Shown: piece by piece, positions 30,098 through 40,372 of the stretch
Layout of the letters: every line of letters starts with the position of its first letter
Numbering within the stretch: the first letter of the stretch is position 1
Source of the DNA: an uncultured virus (IMG/VR IMGVR_UViG_3300043080_000080)
Lineage: Duplodnaviria > Heunggongvirae > Uroviricota > Caudoviricetes
DNA length: 64,000 nt
Reading direction: 5' to 3' (one strand)
IMG/VR virus record: IMGVR_UViG_3300043080_000080
Made by a program: the position numbers and the translations under genes
Notes under the pieces: generated by a model
Told to the model about the DNA's origin: nothing
The model's input: only the letters and a program-made list of their open reading frames with translations
Database searches by the model: none

Positions 30098-31168
30098 CTA
30101 TAGATTGTTTAAGTCTAGAGGATTATCAATAAAGTATTTATTGTTAATCTCCCGTACAGCATTGGGATCGCTTAGATTAATATACCAGCTTATGTCTTTA
30201 GACTCCGCTGTTGAATTATAAATCCCATACTGAGTAATTAAATCCACAGCTCTAAACCGCAGATTAAACATATTGAAATCAATATAATCACTAATACCAT
30301 CTAGAGCATTATATAGATAACCAATATCGCTATTATAATCATTCATGATCTTTCCATTGACTATTGCTTCAGATAGCATCTTAAACGCAGAGCTTGTATT
30401 CATTACTGTATTCAAACCATTGTCTGGCATCCCTGTCATTGCTATTACAGCGCTTAACAGCTTAGGATTAACCATATCAAATCTCTCTAAAGTTTTATTT
30501 CCAGATATCTTGCTGAAGTAGTCTCTGTATATATGCTGCTTATAAACTACATATGATAAGTCATTACCATCATGCTTCTTAGGTCTAAAGATTACAGCAT
30601 TATCTACCATTGCAGGAATCTGGTAAGCATATTTAGATTTGGTTATTACCACTGCAGGAATGTTAGGGTTAGCCATGATGTTGCCAAACGTAAACATAGA
30701 GAAATCTGTTGTTCTATAAACATAATATACATCATAGATATATCCACATAGGATTGTTATAAGACGTAATTGAGAGCTAATAACAGCATGACTATTGGTA
30801 TAGTTTAGCATATCTATATGAGAATCACTACCGAACTGAGGAATAAACTGTTTATGCTGGATAGATATATTCTCTCCATACACTAAATAGATTCTAGTCC
30901 GTAGTCTATGTCTAGACCAAAAGTACCCTCTAATATGAGCAGCCATATTAATTACAGATGATACAACAACATATTTCTTATCGGAGTATACATTGTTCTT
31001 ATATATAGGCTTAAGCATATCATACAGGTCAATATATACATCTACTATATCACCATTAATATTAGCCAACGCTTCATTACACAGTTCATATAGTCTGCTA
31101 TATCTGATATAATATGAGAGTAATAACTTATCTAGATTTACTCTACGGTCATCAGTCATATTATTCAT
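30098..31168 (-). CDS. hypothetical protein, possibly PIN/5'-nuclease-like fold
   Basis: VDVYIDL N-terminal strand and IYLVYG pattern; weak resemblance only. Confidence 0.4.
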   Translation of the reverse strand: MNNMTDDRRVNLDKLLLSYYIRYSRLYELCNEALANINGDIVDVYIDLYDMLKPIYKNNVYSDKKYVVVSSVINMAAHIRGYFWSRHRLRTRIYLVYGENISIQHKQFIPQFGSDSHIDMLNYTNSHAVISSQLRLITILCGYIYDVYYVYRTTDFSMFTFGNIMANPNIPAVVITKSKYAYQIPAMVDNAVIFRPKKHDGNDLSYVVYKQHIYRDYFSKISGNKTLERFDMVNPKLLSAVIAMTGMPDNGLNTVMNTSSAFKMLSEAIVNGKIMNDYNSDIGYLYNALDGISDYIDFNMFNLRFRAVDLITQYGIYNSTAESKDISWYINLSDPNAVREINNKYFIDNPLDLNNL

Positions 31169-31180
31169 AAATATTCATCC

Positions 31181-31564
31181 TTAAATTTCAGATCCAAATA
31201 ACTCGCTAGGATCGTAGTATTCTTCAGACCCATCATCGGATTCCTCAGTATTACCAATATCATCTAATGAATTATCATAATCAGTTCTAGATTTAATAGC
31301 TTTAATCAACCTAGCAGTGTTACCGTATCCATTTTCGACTAAAACGCCTGTAAGCTCATCAGCACCTTCGTCAGATAGCCCAATACCCTTCATGGCGCGC
31401 TCATTTCCATCTTGATAAGACCATTTGCGAAGATCTAATTTTGATGGTCTACCATTCCAACTAATTTTACGAAGATTAATAGAAGTATTAGCACCTTCCT
31501 CGATAATGAAATCAAAGTTTGGTTCGCACTCCATAGTAAACTCTTTATCTTTATTCCATGCCAT
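31181..31564 (-). CDS. YdbC/PC4-like ssDNA-binding protein with acidic tail
   Basis: LRKISWNGRPSKLDLRKW...MKGIGLSDE matches YdbC pattern; AGGAGG RBS before ATG 31564. Confidence 0.8.
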   Translation of the reverse strand: MAWNKDKEFTMECEPNFDFIIEEGANTSINLRKISWNGRPSKLDLRKWSYQDGNERAMKGIGLSDEGADELTGVLVENGYGNTARLIKAIKSRTDYDNSLDDIGNTEESDDGSEEYYDPSELFGSEI

Positions 31565-31687
31565 ATTATTTTTCCTCCTATATATGGTATTATTACTTTT
31601 ATAGTATATGCCCAAATTATTTTTTAAAAAATAAAATCCATATCATAGAGATTTACTGGCGGGCCATAAAGACCCGCCATATATTTT

Positions 31688-31909
31688 TTAATCTAAAAGC
31701 TTTCCAAGAAGATACATAATGAAACTAATCAAAAGTATAACCACTATGACTTTAAATACAAATAATATCAAAGGGTATACGATTGATCCAAATGTAATTA
31801 CTAGAAAAGCAGCAACTGCAATAACAGATACTACACTTAAAATTATAGAGTTTGTTTTTGCAGCTACCATTGAGCATAGTGCTACAATAATAAGTAATAA
31901 AAATTGCAT
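31688..31909 (-). CDS. small membrane protein
   Basis: 73 aa almost entirely hydrophobic; GAGG RBS. Confidence 0.65.
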   Translation of the reverse strand: MQFLLLIIVALCSMVAAKTNSIILSVVSVIAVAAFLVITFGSIVYPLILFVFKVIVVILLISFIMYLLGKLLD

Positions 31910-31918
31910 TTTAATCCT

Positions 31919-32245
31919 CTAAAGAATTTCTTCTTTTACGTACTCTCTATTGTTATAGATAGCATCATAGATTACGAATAGATCATTAGTCTTATATGCT
32001 CCAGCAACACTAAGAACTGTTATGCATGCTTCTGGATATTTGATAACTCCATCATTGTCTGCTAGAGACGTAAACTTATTTAATACATCTACGATTTCTT
32101 CTTTTCCTCTGGATACATTGACTATAGTGATTGGCTCTTTGTTTTCTCTGGTAGGCTCAATCTTAGTTTCTGTAACCATAAATTCATACCCTGAGTCTAC
32201 ACAATCTTGCATTATTTCTATTGCTCTATCTTTCTTAGTAGACAT
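31919..32245 (-). CDS. hypothetical protein
   Basis: GGAGG RBS precedes internal MSTKK start of ORF 31919..32302. Confidence 0.6.
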   Translation of the reverse strand: MSTKKDRAIEIMQDCVDSGYEFMVTETKIEPTRENKEPITIVNVSRGKEEIVDVLNKFTSLADNDGVIKYPEACITVLSVAGAYKTNDLFVIYDAIYNNREYVKEEIL

Positions 32246-32405
32246 GGCTAAAATCCTCCAAAAATTAAAATGGGTGGGGCGGGAACTAATGTCCCGCCCC
32301 ATATATTAAGGCCGTAAAAATGCAATGAAGTTATAGTCTATTGAAGTTGTATATTTGACAGGATGATGAGAGATGAATCACTATGGATTCGGGTTGGCCT
32401 TAATA

Positions 32406-33284
32406 TTAATAATAAACCAGACCAGCATTGTAGATCATCTGAGGATTCTCACGAGCTACATAAGTCTGGACTGCACCAACATCAAACTGGTTGATATTGA
32501 TAATGTGGTTGGTGGGAGTAATGCTGCTGATATAATGGACCTCGTATCTTGCGGGTACAGTGGTGTTCTCATACTCGCCATCGCCATTAATCTCAGAGCT
32601 AATCACCATGCGATTACCATACAGCTTAGAAAGCACACGATGCAGATCGAGGCCCTCAAGACGTACAGCAATACGATCTCCCCCACGATAATAAGGATCT
32701 CTGTAAGCACTTACAGGAATCGGTACCTGGGAGATATGGGAATCCCACTTCTTGGCATCAGTATACTTGTTGGCTTTAGCTCCGCCACACATAAACTCTG
32801 CCAGAAGCATCTTTGTCTCGGCATTCAGCGTGTAAGCCTTATTGTTTACACGATTCTGAATGATCTGGTTCTTGGCAAAGAAGCTGTTAGCTCCAGTTGC
32901 GCAAGTAAGACCAACCAGATTGGTGATCTTTCCAGAGGGGCACTTCTCAGTGTTCTGCTCGAACAGAAGCTCAAGCTTGAAGTTACCCTTAGGATCGATG
33001 TTGATTGCAGCACCAAGCAGATCATGGAACGTAGCTCCGAATGCTGCGTGAATCTTGCTTGCCAGCTCTGCAGTGGTGGTTCTGTTCACCTTACCAAAAC
33101 TGACAAATGTGGTAGGAGCCCAATCAAGAGCCGAGCCCTTCTTGAGCTGTCCAACCATGTCGGACTTTGCCTCTCCACCATTACCGGTAGGAGCAGGGGT
33201 GTTGTAATTAGGAGTAACCTCTTCAGCAGGCTCTTCCGTAATTACCACGTTGTTGATGTTGTTGTCGATTTCATAGGATGCCAT
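32406..33284 (-). CDS. hypothetical protein, highly-expressed codon usage
   Basis: AGGAGG RBS, early-type motif 33347-33364, AAC/ATC/AAG-rich codons. Confidence 0.75.
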   Translation of the reverse strand: MASYEIDNNINNVVITEEPAEEVTPNYNTPAPTGNGGEAKSDMVGQLKKGSALDWAPTTFVSFGKVNRTTTAELASKIHAAFGATFHDLLGAAINIDPKGNFKLELLFEQNTEKCPSGKITNLVGLTCATGANSFFAKNQIIQNRVNNKAYTLNAETKMLLAEFMCGGAKANKYTDAKKWDSHISQVPIPVSAYRDPYYRGGDRIAVRLEGLDLHRVLSKLYGNRMVISSEINGDGEYENTTVPARYEVHYISSITPTNHIININQFDVGAVQTYVARENPQMIYNAGLVYY

Positions 33285-33346
33285 ATCGCAATCCCTCCTA
33301 TAAAATAAATATTATATAAATCAGGAACTAATCATTCCTGTCTATA

Positions 33347-33364
33347 CACGTCTATAATATGCAA
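33347..33364 (-). promoter_or_regulatory. Early-type phage promoter YATATTATA-N3-GTG (representative)
   Basis: TTGCATATTATAGACGTG; near-identical copies at 40199, 43210, 47984, 59204, 62004. Confidence 0.7.
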
Positions 33365-33371
33365 TTATATT

Positions 33372-34310
33372 TTAGTTTACTGGTCTGTAATTTTTTACTT
33401 TCATAGCCTTGGCAATATCCTCATCAATAACATAATCTCCAATTACTTCATATGCCACAAGATAAATTGTCTGAGATTCATCAGAGATCATGATATGTTT
33501 AAGTGATACAATCTTGCTAACGTCAATGTCTTTGCCATACTTGATTACTTTAACAATGTGGATATACTGTCTAATCATATCCTCAATGAATTTACGATGC
33601 TCTTCGGTAAGAATAATAGATCCAGTAGAATCTACATTATTAGGATCAATCATAATAGATGTCTGAGCAATATTAAAAATCTCTCTATACCTGATAATGA
33701 AATCATTGTTAACGAGAAGGTCTTTAAGATTATCCACATAACCAATGATGGTAGGATGCATTGCATTATTAGACTTAATCATGCTAAGCTGAGCATTAAT
33801 TCTCTTCATGACCACCGGAGAGATAGCATTTATAATTGTATCAATAGTATCATCTACATAGATAGCCATAGATGCTGTATAGCTAATCTCTTTGAATGTA
33901 AAGTAATCTACAATAGATCCACCCATTGCTGTATCTGTGGTAACGCAATCTCCAACATAGATATTTCCATGAGTATCATACATGTTCTTGAATCCATTGT
34001 AAGCACATTGATTACAAATCAAATCTGGCGTATTGCTATTTGCTGCAAGATTGGTTGTCTTATTGATACATACATACACATCAGAATCTTTAGCAGAATC
34101 TACATCTGTAATCATAAGATTCATTAATGCATCTGCATTGAGCTTAACGTATTTATTATTCAATTCTTCTACAGCAATTTTTGCCGTATCAGAAGGGTCA
34201 TCTTGGTTCTTCAAAAGAACAGTATCCTCATTAATATATCTAATGAGTCTATAGATTTTTAAATCATCTCCGTCATAGATTTGATATCTATAACCTGTAA
34301 TAATATTCAT
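33372..34310 (-). CDS. hypothetical protein
   Basis: GGAGG RBS before MNIITGY. Confidence 0.7.
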   Translation of the reverse strand: MNIITGYRYQIYDGDDLKIYRLIRYINEDTVLLKNQDDPSDTAKIAVEELNNKYVKLNADALMNLMITDVDSAKDSDVYVCINKTTNLAANSNTPDLICNQCAYNGFKNMYDTHGNIYVGDCVTTDTAMGGSIVDYFTFKEISYTASMAIYVDDTIDTIINAISPVVMKRINAQLSMIKSNNAMHPTIIGYVDNLKDLLVNNDFIIRYREIFNIAQTSIMIDPNNVDSTGSIILTEEHRKFIEDMIRQYIHIVKVIKYGKDIDVSKIVSLKHIMISDESQTIYLVAYEVIGDYVIDEDIAKAMKVKNYRPVN

Positions 34311-34511
34311 ATAAAATTCCTCCATAAATTAAAATCATATTATTTAAATGCTAATTGTATTTTTATTCCATACATTATGAACATATATGTGTACTGGATG
34401 TAGGTATGTTTTTGTAATTCTTTATTTGTTCACCTCGTAAATGAGAACCTGGTAGGAATTATCCTACCAGGGATCTCATGTCGCAATTATAATATATTAC
34501 TGTATTTGAAT

Positions 34512-35459
34512 TTAGACTTCCGCTGGAATAGCCGTTTTTCTATAGAACTGAGTAGTCTTATAATAATCACTGAAAGAGAAGTTTGGATCTAGAGTTGTAA
34601 TTATGCCTAAGTATTTACTGAAATCGCTTAGAGCTTTGGCTCTAATCTTCATATTGGTTTCTTTATTATCTAAGAAATCATTGTGATACATCTTACGCCC
34701 TAATACATACTGGATATAAAACAGCCTAGCAAGATCATACTTCATATACTCTATATCATTAGCTCCAGTATACCCACTTAATCTATTTGCAGAAGAAGTA
34801 TACTCATCTCCATAATTAACACTTGGATTACTAATGAGAATATCTATCTCTGTAGACTCAGATATATTAGTCTGATAATCACTAGGGTTAATCAATGGTT
34901 GAGCAAACATAACCTCTGTATTATCTGTTTTATCATTCATAGCCATATATCTCTTTGCCGCATTGAGCTGAGAGTCTGCATTATATTCTATTTCTGGGTT
35001 CCATCCTAAGTCTACTAGATTTTGTTTAATCTGATCTAATTCGGGGCCACTCTGAGTATGCTGGGCTCTGTTCTGTAATTCTCCAATACGTTGAGCCCAT
35101 GTCTTACCGCTTCTAGATTTATGGCTATCTGATAGCTGAACTGACATATTCTCTCCAAAGTAATCTTTATAGCTTTCAGTTCCAGATTTAGCATAATAAT
35201 CTTTAAGCTCTGATACTTCTTGTTCTGTAAAGAATGGGCATTCTATTCCATATGTAAAAGTTTGAGATTCAATACTATTCTCAATGATGTATTTCTCATA
35301 TGCAGATAGATGTGCTTCTGTTATAGCAGAATGATTACAGCTATTTTTAAGTCTAGTGTATTCTTCCATTACAGTATCTACAGATGGTTTACTATATAGA
35401 TTAATATCCATAGGATATCGCTCTTTAAATGATTCTATCATTTGCTCTACTGTATCCAT
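34512..35459 (-). CDS. hypothetical (possibly head-packaged) protein
   Basis: GGAGG RBS; IES/TEA/TES/SES sites. Confidence 0.6.
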   Translation of the reverse strand: MDTVEQMIESFKERYPMDINLYSKPSVDTVMEEYTRLKNSCNHSAITEAHLSAYEKYIIENSIESQTFTYGIECPFFTEQEVSELKDYYAKSGTESYKDYFGENMSVQLSDSHKSRSGKTWAQRIGELQNRAQHTQSGPELDQIKQNLVDLGWNPEIEYNADSQLNAAKRYMAMNDKTDNTEVMFAQPLINPSDYQTNISESTEIDILISNPSVNYGDEYTSSANRLSGYTGANDIEYMKYDLARLFYIQYVLGRKMYHNDFLDNKETNMKIRAKALSDFSKYLGIITTLDPNFSFSDYYKTTQFYRKTAIPAEV

Positions 35460-35528
35460 ATAAATTCCTCCAATCTATTTTGTATATTGTAGTGGATGGT
35501 TAATTCCATCCACTACAACTTTAACTCG

Positions 35529-38087
35529 TTAAAGTATTGATTTAATCATTGCTTCTGTAAGCATAGATGTAGTTCCTACAGAACCAGATCTCTTCTTAGT
35601 AAGAGTACTATAGAAATACAATCCATCATAATCTTCTCTAATAGATATATCTCCATGCTTATTATACTTGCTAAGAAACGGTACTTTATCTGAATAAGCA
35701 CTTTCTACTACAGGAGTCCAGAAAGCTCCTAGGCCAATAGATTCTAAATACTTATCTTTCATAGTAGCCATCTCTGTGATAATACTCTCTGTAACAGAAC
35801 TGAAATCAACCTTCTTAAATAGGGGGTCAAAATCAATTTGATCTTCACACAGCATAGGCTTATTCGCTAATGCAGTATAAAATACAGTATTATCTACAGT
35901 CTTACCAGATTTATAGAACTCATTTAGTTTCTTAAGATAAGTCTTATCTCCAATGAATTCATATGCTTCAATAGTACAGCCCTTAAATCTATCAGAAGAT
36001 ACAACCTCAAGCTTAGCATCTTCATTAACTACAAGATATTTATCTGAGATTATATCTGGAGATAAAGCATACTGCTTTGTATCTATAGTGGAGTTATACC
36101 CACTGCCAACTTTAAGGATAAATGGTTTATTAACTCCAATAATAGGATTACATGAAGCCATACTCCATTCAGATATGCATGGAGTTAATACATCTTCATC
36201 TGCATCATATTCTATAGGGTACTGAATTAACCATTCATAGTTTGCGTTCTGATATACATTTAATTTACCAATCGGTATATGATCATTATTTCTATTACTC
36301 TCTATGAATGCATAAACCTCTATAGGTTCATCATCATTAAGCTTATTAGATTCACAGAGCTCATATACCGCATAATCTAATGTATCGCCATAATAACATT
36401 CACGCATATCAGATGGATTACGTTGTGTAGAGCAAATCCATGGGCCTAACTGATTTACATGAACGCTTTCTAATTGTATTCCTGTATTGATTAAAATAGT
36501 ATTGTTAGCATCTGAAGGAATATTGAAGTTATCACTCATTAGATCATTAAGCACTTCATTATCAAACAAGATTCCATTCAATCCACAATCATTAGCGGCA
36601 ATTACATTCTCTGCTTTATCATCAATGAATGCACACTTGCTTGGGTCTAGATTATACTTATTGATTAACTCATTATATATTCTTACATCCGGCTTGGAAT
36701 AATTAGATTCAAAATTAAACATTCCTCCATCGAATTTGGAAGTCAATGGGGTAAACACATCTTGTTGCATAGTGTATGTAGAATATGCCCAGTTTGATAA
36801 GTAGTATATGGAATATCCTTTAGCTCTCATAATCTTTAACAGACTGTAAGTGAATGGATATGGATATACGGCTCCAGCAATAACATTAAATATCTCATCT
36901 ACATGCTGGGCATAGTTCTCTGGAGCCATACTAATAAATAGCTCTTTTGCTTGATCTACATTGCATTTTACATATCTAGGTTCATCTAATTTAGGGAAGA
37001 ACTCTTCCTCTAGGAATGCAGCAATCTGTTTTGCTAAATAGTTTGGTACTTGAAGTCCTGTAATAATAGCATGGTTAGTATTTGTATCTATAAGAGTACC
37101 GCCAAAATCAAATATTACCGTATTGATTCCCTCAGGAATAATATCAGATACAGACTCATTCAGGTATCTATAAACTTGAGTAGTTTTAGGAATTGCTAAA
37201 TCATACTTTTTAGCAGCATCATTAATTCTCTTAGCAAGAGATTTCTTCTTATCTTCACTCGCATGGCCAAATAGTCTAATAGCAGATTTAACATGCTGCT
37301 CTGTATCTAGAGGGAATTTACGTTCATCGGGAATACCAAATGCCGAATCTGGTAAATCTGATCTCTTAGTTTCAGAAAAGATCTTATGTCTAAGAACACT
37401 GAGCTTATCCGTTGGATCAATAATCTCTGCACTCTCGCCATACCCATAATTCCAATTATATTCATTATTCTTAGTGAGTTCATCAAAATGATCTGCAACA
37501 TACTTTAGAGTTGTAGGCTTATTATCATAGAAGTATGGATATACATTTACATTCTTAGATCCATCTGATGTATTATATTTAGTGATGTTATGGATATGAC
37601 CATGAATATTGATATAGTCATCTGGTTGTGTATCCATTCTAATTGGCCTGTGAGTAAACACATAATTCTTCCATCTGATTTCTTCCATAACGAAATCAAA
37701 TCCGCATTTGGCATAATATTCTTGACCTAAATACTGGTCATGGTTTCCTAGAATTAGAACCTTATGGCCTGGTATAGAAGCCATAATCTCTGCTGATTCC
37801 TTTTGATCTTTCTCATTAGCGTATCTATAAGATATATCTCCTAGATACATGAACACATCATTGCTAGATATATTGGCTTTACACCATTTTACTATATCAT
37901 TTACGTTAACAAAATTTCTTTCTTTCTTATAATGGGCTTTAAAAATATGCCAGTCTGAGGTTAAGAATATCTTAGATGAATCTGTAGCATCAAGCAAACT
38001 CTCTACGTTATCATAGAGAGTATTATCATCTGGTAATGCTAAAGTAAAAGCATCTTCGCTATATTGGCCTATAGTATCATTCCTCAT
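35529..38087 (-). CDS. multidomain protein: calcineurin-like metallophosphoesterase + DUF6582-like + HAD phosphatase + C-terminal domains
   Basis: SDWH, LGD, GNHD, THRP, IHGHIH (MPP); LPDSAFGIPDERKFPLD..HVKSAI..F; IFDFGGTL, LSN, KPD..IY, FIDD..NV.AA..GL.GI (HAD). Confidence 0.85.
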   Translation of the reverse strand: MRNDTIGQYSEDAFTLALPDDNTLYDNVESLLDATDSSKIFLTSDWHIFKAHYKKERNFVNVNDIVKWCKANISSNDVFMYLGDISYRYANEKDQKESAEIMASIPGHKVLILGNHDQYLGQEYYAKCGFDFVMEEIRWKNYVFTHRPIRMDTQPDDYINIHGHIHNITKYNTSDGSKNVNVYPYFYDNKPTTLKYVADHFDELTKNNEYNWNYGYGESAEIIDPTDKLSVLRHKIFSETKRSDLPDSAFGIPDERKFPLDTEQHVKSAIRLFGHASEDKKKSLAKRINDAAKKYDLAIPKTTQVYRYLNESVSDIIPEGINTVIFDFGGTLIDTNTNHAIITGLQVPNYLAKQIAAFLEEEFFPKLDEPRYVKCNVDQAKELFISMAPENYAQHVDEIFNVIAGAVYPYPFTYSLLKIMRAKGYSIYYLSNWAYSTYTMQQDVFTPLTSKFDGGMFNFESNYSKPDVRIYNELINKYNLDPSKCAFIDDKAENVIAANDCGLNGILFDNEVLNDLMSDNFNIPSDANNTILINTGIQLESVHVNQLGPWICSTQRNPSDMRECYYGDTLDYAVYELCESNKLNDDEPIEVYAFIESNRNNDHIPIGKLNVYQNANYEWLIQYPIEYDADEDVLTPCISEWSMASCNPIIGVNKPFILKVGSGYNSTIDTKQYALSPDIISDKYLVVNEDAKLEVVSSDRFKGCTIEAYEFIGDKTYLKKLNEFYKSGKTVDNTVFYTALANKPMLCEDQIDFDPLFKKVDFSSVTESIITEMATMKDKYLESIGLGAFWTPVVESAYSDKVPFLSKYNKHGDISIREDYDGLYFYSTLTKKRSGSVGTTSMLTEAMIKSIL

Positions 38088-38166
38088 GAACTAAGCCTCC
38101 TTTCGATAATCTTACTTATCTGTCCAGGATTAGCAAAATAAAACAAAAAATAATAGATTGACAAAG

Positions 38167-38196
38167 TATAGAGGATGGATTGCTCCATCCTCTATA
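38167..38196 (-). terminator. Hairpin terminator, GCAA loop on minus strand
   Basis: TATAGAGGATGGA-TTGC-TCCATCCTCTATA. Confidence 0.75.
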
Positions 38197-38206
38197 AATT
38201 GCTTCA

Positions 38207-40168
38207 TTAGAAATTACTTGCTCTAACAATCAAGTCTCCATGCCTGATATGAGTACTTCCATCAGATGAAGTATACGCGGTATAGGAATAAACGCAGATG
38301 GTTTTATCTGTTTTTGCTCCAACCAACTTCTTCTGCAGCTCCCAATACAGCTCGTATGCATCTTGAATGGACGTTGCGATATATGCTTCTTTTCTTTTCA
38401 TAGAGCGCTTATTACTGCCTGCTGGCTTATCATATGTCAGATCTACGACAGTATATATCGTATCTCCCTTATAATTCTGCATATCGCATTTGTATGCGTA
38501 TGTTGCATTGTATCTCTGCGCGATGTATGCAGCGCATGGGTGAAGTTTGATATACAACTCATCGCCCCAAATCTGTTGAGACTCATACTTACCAATCTCA
38601 GCATGGTAATGTTTTAGTACAAGATTGATATTCAGATCATGGCAGACTTTAATTACAGCTGCAAGACAAGACGACATACCAGTTACATAAAGCTCAACAG
38701 CATTATTGACATTGGCCTCATAGTTGATGACGTTCGACTTCAGATAGCTATAGGCTTTTCTACACTGCCAATCGTAGTCGTACATTTGATATCTTGAAAG
38801 CGTGGGATAGATATAATCAGTTACAGGCATATCATGTCTGTCAGAACAAAGGCCGCATTTGAACGTAACAGTGTTGGTAATGCTAGTAATCGCTGGAGAT
38901 TTCTCTTCAACCTCAGCATCTTGTTTAACTTCTTCAGTTACCGTCTCTTGAACTGTTGGAACCTCTGCTTGCACAATCTTTTCATTTGAATCCTGGATTT
39001 CTGTTTTTGGTTCATCTTTCTTCTCAGGTTCAATCTGATTATCGCTTTTGTTCTGAGCAGATTTAAGCTGTTTGTTAACATCATTGAAGATTTTATTTGT
39101 CTGCCTCTTATTCAGCCCAAGCTCTTTAGCAACCTCTTCATTAGACATACCAGCATACTTATTACAATATCTATTGACCGTAGAGAGCGAATAACCAGTA
39201 AGATTAGATATGGATCTCAAAGTACATCCGGTATTACGCATCAAAATGAGTTTGTATACTTCTTGCTTTAGCAAGGCGGCAGTGCTTTTTAATTTATTCG
39301 CATTCTTATCAATACTATTATACTCATTTATAGTATCTTTAGACACGTTAAGAACACGTATAAGCCTAGCTTCACTATGGCCTTCATATGTTTTTATTAT
39401 TTTTACTACACTATCATCGCATTTTCCGGTATGATCGCAAATACTGCTTACAGTATAGCCAGCGTTACGCATGGCTATTATAGCATAAATATCCTTATTG
39501 GTAATCGATCCGTACCCAACTTGCACTGCATTATCAAAATCGTATTCCTCTACGATCTTATTAGCTTCAGCAATTTGATCCTCTGTCAATGCCAGTTTCT
39601 TAGCAATCCCGTCAATAGTCAAATCGGCATTAGCATTAACATATCTTAAAATAGTTTTGCGATCCATACCAAAGCTTCTATGCAGAGTAGTATAGTTAAT
39701 GTTATAATCTCTATTCAATGTTAGGACTGCAAATAGTTGTACTGGGTCAACACGAGCTCTTGTTACTTTAGCTTTAGGCATTTCTTTTTCTTCCATGATA
39801 AACTCATATACTCCTTTGATTTTATTATGCTTAATCTTAATAGAACTAAAGTTAGCACTATTAGGATCAATGTCTGGCATAGCAGATGCAACAAGATGAT
39901 TAATCACATACTGCATATACTCATTCCTTGTTCCGTACTCGTTTGCTACTACAAGCTGTACTTCGTCAACGCTTGCAGAGTTTAATGATTGTACCGCCTG
40001 CATGATTTTTATTTTTGCGGATACTGCGGATCTGGCTTCTGCTTTATCTAAATTGTACTTTCTGATCAATGTGGCTCTTGTCATGCCGTCCATTACATCA
40101 TAAAGTACTTGTTCTTTTTTCTCTGAAGCATTAGAGAATGTTACTCCAAAGATATTGAATGGTACCAT
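38207..40168 (-). CDS. multi-HTH protein with C-terminal Rossmann/CARF-like domain
   Basis: Repeated HTH-like units (MRNAGYTVSSICDHTG, MRNTGCTLRSISNLTGYSLSTVNRY); GLCSDRH.MP...LYVTGMSSCLAAVIKVC...L.HY...Y..Q domain; early motifs upstream. Confidence 0.6.
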   Translation of the reverse strand: MVPFNIFGVTFSNASEKKEQVLYDVMDGMTRATLIRKYNLDKAEARSAVSAKIKIMQAVQSLNSASVDEVQLVVANEYGTRNEYMQYVINHLVASAMPDIDPNSANFSSIKIKHNKIKGVYEFIMEEKEMPKAKVTRARVDPVQLFAVLTLNRDYNINYTTLHRSFGMDRKTILRYVNANADLTIDGIAKKLALTEDQIAEANKIVEEYDFDNAVQVGYGSITNKDIYAIIAMRNAGYTVSSICDHTGKCDDSVVKIIKTYEGHSEARLIRVLNVSKDTINEYNSIDKNANKLKSTAALLKQEVYKLILMRNTGCTLRSISNLTGYSLSTVNRYCNKYAGMSNEEVAKELGLNKRQTNKIFNDVNKQLKSAQNKSDNQIEPEKKDEPKTEIQDSNEKIVQAEVPTVQETVTEEVKQDAEVEEKSPAITSITNTVTFKCGLCSDRHDMPVTDYIYPTLSRYQMYDYDWQCRKAYSYLKSNVINYEANVNNAVELYVTGMSSCLAAVIKVCHDLNINLVLKHYHAEIGKYESQQIWGDELYIKLHPCAAYIAQRYNATYAYKCDMQNYKGDTIYTVVDLTYDKPAGSNKRSMKRKEAYIATSIQDAYELYWELQKKLVGAKTDKTICVYSYTAYTSSDGSTHIRHGDLIVRASNF

Positions 40169-40372
40169 TTTTACTTTCCTCCTTTACGTTTACAGGTACA
40201 CGTTTATAATATATCATTAAAAGTAATTTTTATAACACGTACCCTTATTGTTAAGTCATTGCCTCTGTAATATGCAATAATCTCCAATTACAAAAAAATA
40301 TAGGGAGGCCGTTAAGCCTCCCTATACTAATTATAGAAATTATGCAGCATTGCTTTCATTATTTAAATTAAA

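Noticed and set aside
31688..31909. Holin
   Set aside because: Hydrophobic, but lies among early genes with no endolysin adjacent
32406..33284. Chimallin (nuclear shell) call
   Set aside because: About half the expected length and no recognisable similarity
32373..33308. 311-aa plus-strand ORF
   Set aside because: Antisense shadow of the codon-biased minus gene, which has the RBS and promoter
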